From sequence record MW630116.1: 64,000 nt of DNA. One strand, 5' to 3'. How positions within the stretch are numbered: the stretch's first letter is position 1; each line of letters begins with the position of its first letter. Both the position numbers and the translations under genes were made by a program. Shown piece after piece: positions 55,199 through 64,000 of this stretch. The notes under the pieces were generated by a model, which was not told where the DNA came from, did no database searches, and saw only the letters and a list, made by a program, of their open reading frames with translations. The stretch is from Escherichia phage vB_EcoM-ZQ3.

Positions 55199-58100
55199 CT
55201 AATTTAACCTGTGGTGGATTCACGGGGTCTCTTGGATTTCCTACATTATCGATTAACCGTTGTTCAACCAAATCTCTAAATCTAGAGAATGTTGTTCCGG
55301 ACGCATCAAATAATGGGCTCATCAGTTTACGTCGTTCCGATGGAAGTTGACCTTGAAATATGGAGTTATTGTTTTCAGCGTTATAATCTTCAGGCAATGG
55401 ATAATCTTGACCAGCCATAGGGCCTATTTCATATATCGCTTCACCTGTAATAGGGTCAAACTCAACATTTCCTTGTGGGTCTAATTTAGCCACTCGGTCT
55501 GCATATTTAGTCGGTAATCCAGAATCCCACTTATAGTTTTTGTATTTATTAATAATGGTTTCAACATGTTTAAGTGTTAATCCGGTGTTAATAAACATTG
55601 TGAGAAGGGTAATTGCGATAAATCCAAATCCAACCGGATGAACAAAACGTAATACGTCTGATTTCCAACGAGATGATGGAAGTTTAGATTTAATCTTCAT
55701 TACGTAGTATGCTCTACCACGATTTATGTAATCGATGTTGTTCTGAGAAAGCTCCTTACCTTTAATACCACGAACAATTTCACCTTCAAAACTAGGGAGT
55801 CTTTCAGCTTTAACTTCCTGACCTTGAATTAAACGACCTAAGAGGTTGTGAATTGTTACAGTCCATTGTAATTTACCTTTAGAGTAACTTCTCTCGATAT
55901 ACGTTACATTACAACGTCCTGTAGCGGTGTATATGGTTTGTCCGACCAAATCTTCTGTCAACGAATCAGATTCAATGATGATATCATATTCGGTCCCGGA
56001 ACTAGATTCAATTTCAATTTCAACATCTTCGTTATAAAGCACTTTAAACAAGAATTTATATGATGCTTCAGTTCCTTTAGTTGAATAGAAGTCATAACTT
56101 CTTGATTCAAAGAAACGAGACACTAAATCGCGTTTTTCAGCGTTTAAGTAAATGTTTCGTTTATAAATCTCAGACCATAAATATTCCCACGCATGCTCTT
56201 CGCGCGGATATTGATTTTTAATAAGATTTAAAAGGTTGTTATAATGGGTCCCATAGCCGTCAGAAAGATACTGAATATAAGCCTCGCAGAATGCTTCGAA
56301 GTTTGTATTATCTAAAAGATAAGACTCTGGCATCATTGTAGTGAGCAATGGACGTAAATCCGGGTCCGCAATACCATTCTCTTCCACAGGAGTCCATGTG
56401 GTATCTTTTTCTTGGTTTTGTAATGATGCTGTTAAGAATATATTAGTAGGCTTCCAAATTATAGAAACATTATCTCTAACACGATAACTAAAATCATAAT
56501 AAGAAATAATCTCACCTGATGCTTTATAGAAAATCATGCCAGATGCATATTTTTTAAATCCGGTGAAATCTACGTTAGGCATCACTATTGTACAGTCACC
56601 GTCATTCCAATATTCATGAACTTCACGGTCTGAAGAACTAAGTGGATGATTCTCAATAACCTTAGTGTAAAGTAAATCAGAATAAATTACAACGGCTTTG
56701 TCTGAGTTATTAATCCAACACCGAGTACCAGACTTTCTAGAATAACTAAAGAATGGCTCAGCATAGTATTCCATCGGTTGAGGAGTGAACGATTCCCATT
56801 GAGAGTCTTCAGTTGAAATAAATGACATCATATGATAATGTTTATCAGCCAACCATTCGCGAGGATACTCGTATTTAACAGCACCGATTAAACCGTACTT
56901 GACTTGTGTTTTTGGGTCATCAACAATATCTGATTCTAAAAATTTAAAATTACTAGATGAAATAGATAACTCAACACCATCAGTAGACATACTGGTGTAC
57001 CCAGGTTCAATACGACGGCGTTCTTCTTCAGTATTACCAAACACACGTTTAAATGTGCCAGCGTCATGGTCTAGAACGTAAACACCCTTATCAACAGAAT
57101 CAACAATAGGAGTGGTCCTCGGGTCGTCGTTAAGATTAACAACTTCGCCGATAATCAGTGCAAATATTTTACCACCGACAGAATCCATTTTATAGCAAAC
57201 TGCCTTAGGGTTACCTGTGATGTTAAATGTTTCTTGTTCAAACAAACGTTCGGAATATGTCGGAGATAATGGGTCTGAATCAATAGGGGCATTACTAGTT
57301 TTAATAAAACGAACTTTATCTCGAGCAGCAACGTATACATAATCGTCATTGCAAACGATAGCTTCTGCAATACGTGATACGTTAGCAGGTAATGATGCAT
57401 AGTTACCAAATATTTCTACATCAAATCCTAAATTTAACTGGTCACCAATTTTAGCAAATGTTATATCTTGAGAACTAAATCTCACATCATCAGCAGACCA
57501 ACGAACGTCAGTTGATTTACGGCCGTAAAATAATTTATCATACCCAAGAACATACGTGGTGTGATCTGTCTGGTAATACACTGTTCTTGATACAGGGTAC
57601 CCTACACGGTCATTAAACAATTTAACCGATTTCCAGGTTTGTCCCTTATCATTAGAGACTTTAACCACAGGCTGATACCGTTCAAACAAATAAAGAATTC
57701 CTTCGGATTCCATCAAATAAACACGGTTTATATCATGACACACCTGTTGAATCGAACCTTGAATTTCATGATACTCATTTTCGCCAATAATGAAATTTTT
57801 AATAGATGAAATATCAGCATAAGCAGGGCTAAATTGGAACGATTCATTCATTAGAGCTGCCATTATAGTGTCGTTATTAAAATCGACATAAGCCATGTTG
57901 TTATTTGTAAATTTTTCTCTAATAAAAGTGTTAGCCAATTGCATTTCAATCATATGTTGAAATGTATAAGCGTTGGTCTGAAATGATTCAAATATTTCGG
58001 TATATACCCAATCAGATCTCTCGAAGCCTTCAGCGGCAGTTGATACACGAATAATATAAGAAGTTAATGGGTCTAAGCTATTTTCGAACCAGTCGCTATT

Positions 58101-58289
58101 AGGAGTATATCCTAAATTTACCCATCTGTAGCTGGCAGGGGGAATTATTTCCCCGTCTGCCGTTTTAGTCTCAGCGATTTCTACGAAATAGTAGAAATTA
58201 GCACCAACGTCATCCCAGCGTATTTGAACTTGGTTAGCGGACAACTTGGATATTCTGAGACTTGTGACTGCTGGCGCTTTTACTGTCAT
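55191..58289 (-). CDS. 7: baseplate wedge initiator (gp7)
   Basis: 1032 aa = T4 gp7 length. Confidence 0.9.
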   Translation of the reverse strand: MTVKAPAVTSLRISKLSANQVQIRWDDVGANFYYFVEIAETKTADGEIIPPASYRWVNLGYTPNSDWFENSLDPLTSYIIRVSTAAEGFERSDWVYTEIFESFQTNAYTFQHMIEMQLANTFIREKFTNNNMAYVDFNNDTIMAALMNESFQFSPAYADISSIKNFIIGENEYHEIQGSIQQVCHDINRVYLMESEGILYLFERYQPVVKVSNDKGQTWKSVKLFNDRVGYPVSRTVYYQTDHTTYVLGYDKLFYGRKSTDVRWSADDVRFSSQDITFAKIGDQLNLGFDVEIFGNYASLPANVSRIAEAIVCNDDYVYVAARDKVRFIKTSNAPIDSDPLSPTYSERLFEQETFNITGNPKAVCYKMDSVGGKIFALIIGEVVNLNDDPRTTPIVDSVDKGVYVLDHDAGTFKRVFGNTEEERRRIEPGYTSMSTDGVELSISSSNFKFLESDIVDDPKTQVKYGLIGAVKYEYPREWLADKHYHMMSFISTEDSQWESFTPQPMEYYAEPFFSYSRKSGTRCWINNSDKAVVIYSDLLYTKVIENHPLSSSDREVHEYWNDGDCTIVMPNVDFTGFKKYASGMIFYKASGEIISYYDFSYRVRDNVSIIWKPTNIFLTASLQNQEKDTTWTPVEENGIADPDLRPLLTTMMPESYLLDNTNFEAFCEAYIQYLSDGYGTHYNNLLNLIKNQYPREEHAWEYLWSEIYKRNIYLNAEKRDLVSRFFESRSYDFYSTKGTEASYKFLFKVLYNEDVEIEIESSSGTEYDIIIESDSLTEDLVGQTIYTATGRCNVTYIERSYSKGKLQWTVTIHNLLGRLIQGQEVKAERLPSFEGEIVRGIKGKELSQNNIDYINRGRAYYVMKIKSKLPSSRWKSDVLRFVHPVGFGFIAITLLTMFINTGLTLKHVETIINKYKNYKWDSGLPTKYADRVAKLDPQGNVEFDPITGEAIYEIGPMAGQDYPLPEDYNAENNNSIFQGQLPSERRKLMSPLFDASGTTFSRFRDLVEQRLIDNVGNPRDPVNPPQVKLDE

Positions 58290-60259
58290 TGTGAAATAGG
58301 CTCCAAATCTATAGTTAAGTACTGAGGACGTAAGTCATTTTCGAATACGATTAAAGAACCATCCTTTGTAAAAATAATATCATCTGCAGGGTCGGAATAA
58401 AGTTCAATTGTTTGAACTTCAAAACGGTCTGAAGTGAGGTCAATTTTAGCAATGTTCCAATAAATCGAATCGGCGGGATAATTCACTTCACCAATTGAAT
58501 AGTATTTGTTTCGTCCGTCAGTAACAGTAAGTTTATTAAAATCATTACCTGTATAAGGTTGTATATTTTCGTTTTCAACAACATCGCCGTCTGCAAATGG
58601 ACCGATAATAACTTGACCTATGCCACGGTCATTACGGTCAGAAGATACTATGCGAACACCATATTTAATAGTTTCGTTTGCATTTTCTGGATTAGGTCTG
58701 TGCGAATCAAACGAGAATATATTAGATTCCATCGATCTATCTTTAATCTGATTATTGTATTTAATACCGGCCTCAGGCGTTTTATAGAAGTTTTGTACTT
58801 CGCGAACCATTTGAATAGTAGCTGAAGAACCAATAATAGAAATATCTGCATCATCGACATAAGTTAGCATTTTAGATTTTGCAAATGATGAGTTAAAAAT
58901 TTCTACATCTTCAATATAATAACGGTCTATTTTATTAATAATCTGCCCTTCAAGATATTGTTCTGATTCTTGGAGTTTATTCAACGCGTACGTAACTTTG
59001 ATATTCATTTTGATAAACAAATAATCAGGCGAAATAACAACAGGTGTAATAGTCCCTAAGTTATAATCATTTAAATAGTTTTTGATATCATCACGTTGAA
59101 CAGAAGTCAAATACAACCCAGACTTAGGTTTAGCAGCAATAAATGCGTACCCTGGTTTAGATGAATCTGTGAATGTTTGAACCGCTTGAATAATAGAACC
59201 AAACCGCTCAGAGACGAATGTGTCATAGTCGGAAGCTGTTACACAACGTTGTTGAGTTTCGCGTTTAATTGTGCCTAATTCGCGGATACGTTCAATATCT
59301 TCAGGGTCGCCACCACCATCAGCCCCAACAAAGTCTGGGTTATTGCTAGGATTCTCGTTAATACCGATTACCGTGATATTAGCTAATGTATCAGCATAAG
59401 AAAATCCTACAGCACCGTTAGCATCTGCGCCGTTAGTAGAAATATACTCAATTACGATTTTAGAACCCTGAACAGGTTTAAGGCCGCCAATGTAGTTAGA
59501 TGTTAACGCACCTTCTGATGTGTTAATAGAGATTTCGCCTTCACCAAAATAAAATTCAGTGTTCCCATCAACTGTTTCACGCATATAATAGATTGTTGAC
59601 GTAGAACCAGCGTGAACCATCGACTTACGAGTCCAGTTAATCCATTCTGCTCCGTCAACATACAACTTAACCAAATTACGGTCAATATTCTTATCACGAA
59701 TAATGATAGGTTTTAATCTATCAAATGTTAATTCAGTGCGAACAATACGTCCTTGAGCTAATCGAAGACGTGGAAAATATTGGTTATTTTTGTCTTTAAC
59801 TACAATGACATCTTCAGTAGAAACAAAGTTATACGGGTTAACAGAAGTATCTTTAGCGTATGCTAAGAAACGAGTGCCACGTGGAATGGTGATATAGTTT
59901 CTATTTAATGCATCCGTACATGTGAGCATAATTTCTGTTTGTGCTGCTGATTTAGATGAAGGCAGATATCCGTTATCTTGAGCCGCTTGTACAACAGAAC
60001 TACGCAAGTTTGCAGTACGCATAAAACTTTCATACACTGCACTATTACTGAACTGTTGGATGTAAAGAGTGTTATATGCTAAAAGGTCACATAATACGTT
60101 TAAACGCGAACCTTCAAAATCATAATCAAGAAATTCATTCTGTCCATTGAGCCATTCGATAATGTTCTGTTTGATTTCGGCAAATGTGCCCCCGATAAAA
60201 ATCTCGGGAATAGCATTCGCTGTTCGGGTTAATTGATAATTTACAGGAGTGTTTGCCAT
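58286..60259 (-). CDS. 6: baseplate wedge protein (gp6)
   Basis: 657 aa from ATG 60259 with SD AGGA (T4 gp6 660 aa); ORF-track 676-aa extension would overlap gene 5.4. Confidence 0.88.
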   Translation of the reverse strand: MANTPVNYQLTRTANAIPEIFIGGTFAEIKQNIIEWLNGQNEFLDYDFEGSRLNVLCDLLAYNTLYIQQFSNSAVYESFMRTANLRSSVVQAAQDNGYLPSSKSAAQTEIMLTCTDALNRNYITIPRGTRFLAYAKDTSVNPYNFVSTEDVIVVKDKNNQYFPRLRLAQGRIVRTELTFDRLKPIIIRDKNIDRNLVKLYVDGAEWINWTRKSMVHAGSTSTIYYMRETVDGNTEFYFGEGEISINTSEGALTSNYIGGLKPVQGSKIVIEYISTNGADANGAVGFSYADTLANITVIGINENPSNNPDFVGADGGGDPEDIERIRELGTIKRETQQRCVTASDYDTFVSERFGSIIQAVQTFTDSSKPGYAFIAAKPKSGLYLTSVQRDDIKNYLNDYNLGTITPVVISPDYLFIKMNIKVTYALNKLQESEQYLEGQIINKIDRYYIEDVEIFNSSFAKSKMLTYVDDADISIIGSSATIQMVREVQNFYKTPEAGIKYNNQIKDRSMESNIFSFDSHRPNPENANETIKYGVRIVSSDRNDRGIGQVIIGPFADGDVVENENIQPYTGNDFNKLTVTDGRNKYYSIGEVNYPADSIYWNIAKIDLTSDRFEVQTIELYSDPADDIIFTKDGSLIVFENDLRPQYLTIDLEPISQ

Positions 60260-60267
60260 TTTAATTC

Positions 60268-60561
60268 CTATTTTATAAAGACTTTTGACGAGGCCTGAGA
60301 AACAGTATCCCCGCATGAAATTGGGTCAGCCATTTGAACAGCCTTTTTACCGGTGACGTATACTTTAGATGTACGAGGTTCAGTAACACCTCCATGAGTC
60401 TCGTATGGTTTTTTAATTTCTGTATGAGGTGTTATTTGGTCTCCTGCCACAAGAACAGGAATACCGCCGGTGAATACTTTAGATTGGGAAGCATTTATTA
60501 CAGTAGGAGGCCATGCTTCATGACCTGTTGTAACGCACTTGTCGTAACTTAAGCCAGACAT
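60268..60561 (-). CDS. 5.4: PAAR-like spike tip protein (gp5.4)
   Basis: 97 aa from ATG 60561 with SD GAGG = T4 gp5.4 length; Cys/His/Gly-rich small beta-protein between genes 5.1 and 6. Confidence 0.75.
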   Translation of the reverse strand: MSGLSYDKCVTTGHEAWPPTVINASQSKVFTGGIPVLVAGDQITPHTEIKKPYETHGGVTEPRTSKVYVTGKKAVQMADPISCGDTVSQASSKVFIK

Positions 60562-60563
60562 TT

Positions 60564-61079
60564 TCACGGCCTCACATAAACATAGTTTCGTAATTGTTGA
60601 GCCCATTTGCTCCAATTTCCTACTATAGTTTTTGTATAAACCTTAGTAAGAGTTTTTTGTACTGGAGCCGGTGGAGGTTCTGTACCAGAGGCACTTCTAG
60701 AATCGCCTGATGAACTTTCTTCTTGGTAGTTATAAATCATTTCAACCGTATAACTAAACACTTTACGAAGATTCTGAGGAGCTCTCCACAAATATAACTG
60801 TGTGGATTCATCTTTTGGTAAATCATCCCATGAAGATGCGGTTTCAAAATCGTCATTTAATCGGTATTTCAATGCATCTGAAGAAAAGCTAAACACACTT
60901 TCATATGTTCCATATAAACGATTACCATCTACCGTAATGCCTTGTGTCGGTTCATAATCTGTTATATTTATTGACACTAAAGTTTCGGTTGTTTCTAACT
61001 GTGGAGTAAAAAGGACGTCAATAGACGCCCCTTCCATGTCTTCTCCTAAGTCGGTATTTAAAGGAAGTATATTAGCCAA
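60564..61079 (-). CDS. 5.1: gp5.1-like protein
   Basis: 171 aa ORF between seg-like gene and 5.4; assignment by synteny. Confidence 0.6.
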   Translation of the reverse strand: MANILPLNTDLGEDMEGASIDVLFTPQLETTETLVSINITDYEPTQGITVDGNRLYGTYESVFSFSSDALKYRLNDDFETASSWDDLPKDESTQLYLWRAPQNLRKVFSYTVEMIYNYQEESSSGDSRSASGTEPPPAPVQKTLTKVYTKTIVGNWSKWAQQLRNYVYVRP

Positions 61080-61935
61080 TTACTGAATTCTCCAATGGTG
61101 TAAATTTATAATCACATTTTTTCAATGCTTTTAAAATTGCGTTATAACTTACATCCGGTAGATTATGTTCAATTGCTTTTTCTCTAAACCATTTATATTT
61201 CTGCGGATGAGGTTTTCCCAAATCCTCCCAAAGTTTTTTGACTTTTTCAATACTAATCCAAGGTTCAACTGATCTTAGTTTTTTATTTCTAGTATCTAAT
61301 CTTGATTTTCTTATTAAAGGATTATTCCAGGATTTTTTCGTTCCTTCTATTTTTCCTGGATGATTAATTAATTTGTTTCTATATTCATCGGATTTCCATA
61401 AAGATTTGACAGTATTAGAAATACGAATTTTTAATGTGGGATCATTTTCAAAAGCAGTTTTCATCGCATTACTCATTTTCTTTCGATATTCCGATTCCGA
61501 ACATCTAAGTTTATTAATTTTTGAAATTTTTTCTGAAAATTCTTTTGTAGATTTTCCTTTTGCCAAAGCTTTAAGTTGAGTTTCTCGATACTCAGGATTA
61601 GACCACATTCGTTTTAAATCGTTTGAAGAAAATCCATCTCCACCGTCTTTTATATTAACACACTGGCCTGTTTTTCTATATTCAGATATCCAAAATTTTT
61701 CTCTTTCATTTAAAACATCGAGTGTTGAAACGAATTCGATAATTTCGAAATCTATAGCATAGCCTGGTTTGTTTTTAATCTTTTGTATATAATCCCCGCT
61801 TCCTACGTAATTATCATCCTCTAGATTAAAATATCTGGATTCATGCTTTCCTATATATATTCGAACCAACCCCTTTGGGTTGGTTACTGTTGATTTATAA
61901 ATGTAACGGAATTGTATGGTTTTGGATTTCTTCAT
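61072..61935 (-). CDS. GIY-YIG (Seg-type) homing endonuclease
   Basis: 287 aa; N-terminal GIY-YIG-like motif FRYIYKSTVTNPKGLVRIYIGK; Lys/Ser-rich NUMOD-like repeats (SEKISKINK, MSNAMKTAF, RISNTVKSLWK) in C-terminal half; inserted between genes 5 and 5.1. Confidence 0.7.
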   Translation of the reverse strand: MKKSKTIQFRYIYKSTVTNPKGLVRIYIGKHESRYFNLEDDNYVGSGDYIQKIKNKPGYAIDFEIIEFVSTLDVLNEREKFWISEYRKTGQCVNIKDGGDGFSSNDLKRMWSNPEYRETQLKALAKGKSTKEFSEKISKINKLRCSESEYRKKMSNAMKTAFENDPTLKIRISNTVKSLWKSDEYRNKLINHPGKIEGTKKSWNNPLIRKSRLDTRNKKLRSVEPWISIEKVKKLWEDLGKPHPQKYKWFREKAIEHNLPDVSYNAILKALKKCDYKFTPLENSVIG

Positions 61936-61951
61936 AATTTACCTCTGGAAT

Positions 61952-61959
61952 TATTTATA
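61952..61959 (-). promoter_or_regulatory. candidate late promoter overlapping gene 5 stop
   Basis: TATAAATA on - strand 17 nt upstream of seg-like ATG. Confidence 0.35.
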
Positions 61960-63691
61960 ACCCGACATCCACACGGCTACCATCAATTGTGTATTGTCCT
62001 GAAGCTACTGAGCTCATTGTAGACATTGTTTCCGCCCAATCCCCAGCAACAGTCATATCAACATTACCATTAACAGTCCATTTAACGTTTCCGTTGACTG
62101 TGTAATCATGATTCCCTTCGACCTGAGTTTTAGCATCGCCTTTAACAAGAATATCTGCATTTCCGTCAACAACTATTTTGATATTACCCTTAACGTAAAG
62201 AGTTCCATCGCCTTCAACAGTTTTAGATTGGTTACCACGAATAAAGATTGTATCATTGCCGTCTATTTGATGGAGGCGGTCTGCCATGTTATAATATATT
62301 TCATTAGCACCAACGTTAACAAGCTTATCGCCAGAAATCAAGAAGTTCCCATCGCCATTAGTGATGTCAAAAAGGTCTTCTACAGTTTTACGAGTACGTC
62401 GCCCAGACGGAGAAACTTCCTCATATGACCCTGTTGGATGAACTAAGCGATAACGTTCATTACCTGGAGTATCGTCAAATTCTTGGATATGACCGCTTTC
62501 TGTTTCCATAGCATGAACGTATGGATACTCACCACGATAACTTGATTCAGGTTCTTTAAAAAGGATACGTGAATCTAACGGAACAGGAGGACCAGCTGGG
62601 TCTTCTGGATCGGTATTTCTAGTAACTAAATCGGCACCAACTCCTGGTGAAGGTGGTGTTTTAACAGGAACGCCATATGATTCCATGTTACCGGTTAAAA
62701 TAATTGTTGTTACACGTGAAGCACGCCCTTTAGTCTGTTGGAACCATAATGAATCACGTCCGGATTTGTATGCGGTTTTCCAATCACCTGTGGCCATTGC
62801 TTTAAGCATAGTATTGAATTTTGCTACACCACCAACGCCCATCTGGAAGCACATGTTTTCTAATGCCATTTGGCGAGATCTGTTCATTTTAGCATAAACA
62901 GGACCTACTTTAGAATTAGAACGAATGTCTTTCTGCATCTTAGCAAGGTCCTTCTCAAATAACGCTGTTGCTTCTTCTAATGTAATAGTTCCCGGATTTC
63001 CTGTTACTTCACGCCCTACTTGATCAGATAACAATTTATTAATTCGAGACATATCTCGGGTTTTTTCCATTACTATAAGATGTCCAATACCTACTGTAGG
63101 ATACCCGAGATGGTCCCAATACACTTTATCACGAAGACCTTCGTCACGACGTAACATTTCTGTTATTGTAAAATTAGGGTCATCATCTTCTGGAATATTT
63201 GCTAAATCTGTATCGTCTGGGTTTATACCATAATCCAAGTTGTTATCTTGAATTACGTTAGAGTTCGAATAATAACCAGCTTCACCACCTTGGTTTAGTA
63301 CGTTCGTATCATTACCTAAACGTCGCGGATACTGGCCTGTCGGGTCTGAAAAACCTTCAAGTCTATTAGGCTTTTCACGTACTATTCCGCCATATGTACC
63401 AAGTACAATCCCGTTTGTTTTCCATTTGTCTAAGAAATGACCATATACTCGAGTTCCTTCAACAGGACCTGTAACAGAACCACCAATACCTGACATTGAT
63501 GCAGACGTAATAGGTTGAATAACAGTCATCCATGGAAGTTTTTCTGTAGGAATACCTTGTACATCACCTTGTGTTCTCTGCGCCGGATGAAGACCAACGA
63601 CTCGAACTCGAACTCGCCCTTGTTTTAATGGGTCCATTCTGTCCTCGACAACACCCACGAACCAATTAAGGCTACTGCTAATCATTTCCAT
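61955..63691 (-). CDS. 5: baseplate hub + tail lysozyme, cell-puncturing device (gp5)
   Basis: 578 aa (T4 gp5 575 aa); internal lysozyme domain EMLRRDEGLRDKVYWDHLGYPTVGIGHLI resembling T4 lysozyme N-terminus; C-terminal VxGxxxV beta-helix repeats. Confidence 0.92.
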   Translation of the reverse strand: MEMISSSLNWFVGVVEDRMDPLKQGRVRVRVVGLHPAQRTQGDVQGIPTEKLPWMTVIQPITSASMSGIGGSVTGPVEGTRVYGHFLDKWKTNGIVLGTYGGIVREKPNRLEGFSDPTGQYPRRLGNDTNVLNQGGEAGYYSNSNVIQDNNLDYGINPDDTDLANIPEDDDPNFTITEMLRRDEGLRDKVYWDHLGYPTVGIGHLIVMEKTRDMSRINKLLSDQVGREVTGNPGTITLEEATALFEKDLAKMQKDIRSNSKVGPVYAKMNRSRQMALENMCFQMGVGGVAKFNTMLKAMATGDWKTAYKSGRDSLWFQQTKGRASRVTTIILTGNMESYGVPVKTPPSPGVGADLVTRNTDPEDPAGPPVPLDSRILFKEPESSYRGEYPYVHAMETESGHIQEFDDTPGNERYRLVHPTGSYEEVSPSGRRTRKTVEDLFDITNGDGNFLISGDKLVNVGANEIYYNMADRLHQIDGNDTIFIRGNQSKTVEGDGTLYVKGNIKIVVDGNADILVKGDAKTQVEGNHDYTVNGNVKWTVNGNVDMTVAGDWAETMSTMSSVASGQYTIDGSRVDVGL

Positions 63692-64000
63692 TATGCAATC
63701 TCCATCTCACGAATCAAATCTGTGATAAACGAGTTTATATCTTCTTTTGCAACAATTTTTATTTTACGAAGTTTTTCATTATCTAATACTGCCGCTTCAT
63801 AAGTATCTACTGCAGCTAAAGGTCCTTTATATTGCGGATACTTACGAGCTTCATCACCTTTATCGTACCACACTAAAGGCTCGTCCGGATATGAAACCAA
63901 ATTGTAAAATTTCTCACGGTTTTCATTAATATGATAAAGAATTTGGTCGCCGCCAGCATTAGCATATTTCTGAATAGACGCTTGATATGCTGCTTCCTGA
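63691..64000 (-). CDS. 53: baseplate wedge protein (gp53), 3' part only; gene start lies beyond window end
   Basis: open frame runs to window edge; position upstream of gene 5 as in T4; synteny only. Confidence 0.55.
   Translation of the reverse strand, partial: QEAAYQASIQKYANAGGDQILYHINENREKFYNLVSYPDEPLVWYDKGDEARKYPQYKGPLAAVDTYEAAVLDNEKLRKIKIVAKEDINSFITDLIREMEIA

Overview
This window is a ~64 kb slice of a T4-like (Tevenvirinae) myovirus genome; almost every ORF matches a T4 gene in order, orientation and length. Positions 1-19.5 kb are an early/middle gene cluster on the + strand in T4 order: mobE-like HNH endonuclease, nrdA C-terminal fragment, nrdB, denA, rnlA, alc, spanins, pseT, cd, 31, rIII, the 30.x ORFs, DNA ligase (30) and alt. 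It is punctuated by nine T4-type early promoters (GTTTAC(A), 17-19 nt spacer, TG-extended -10) and GC-rich UUCG/CGAA-tetraloop terminators. Positions 19.5-64 kb are the late morphogenesis cluster, mostly on the - strand (54, 48, 29, 28, 27, 51; then 26, 25, uvsY on +; uvsW on -; inh, hoc, rnlB on +; then 24, 23, 22, 21, 68, 67, 20, 19, 18, 17, 16, 15, 14, 13, wac, 12, 11, 10, 9, 8, 7, 6, 5.4, 5.1, a GIY-YIG seg-like gene, 5, partial 53) with TATAAATA late promoters. The main departures from the T4 layout as I recall it are: (1) a complete AroG-like DAHP synthase gene inserted just upstream of cd; (2) nrdA apparently split by the HNH endonuclease gene, so only a C-terminal NrdA fragment with its own ATG is present; (3) pseT (polynucleotide kinase/phosphatase) broken by a frameshift in an A-rich tract; (4) a ~365-bp ORF-free segment after rIII; (5) a small early-promoter cassette between late genes 24 and 23; (6) two extra small ORFs between the spanins and pseT. 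No tRNA, rRNA or CRISPR array was recognised. All identifications rest on reading the translations, motifs and synteny; no database search was possible. ORF-track starts that are GTG/TTG were moved to the nearest in-frame ATG where a Shine-Dalgarno sequence or promoter position supported it.
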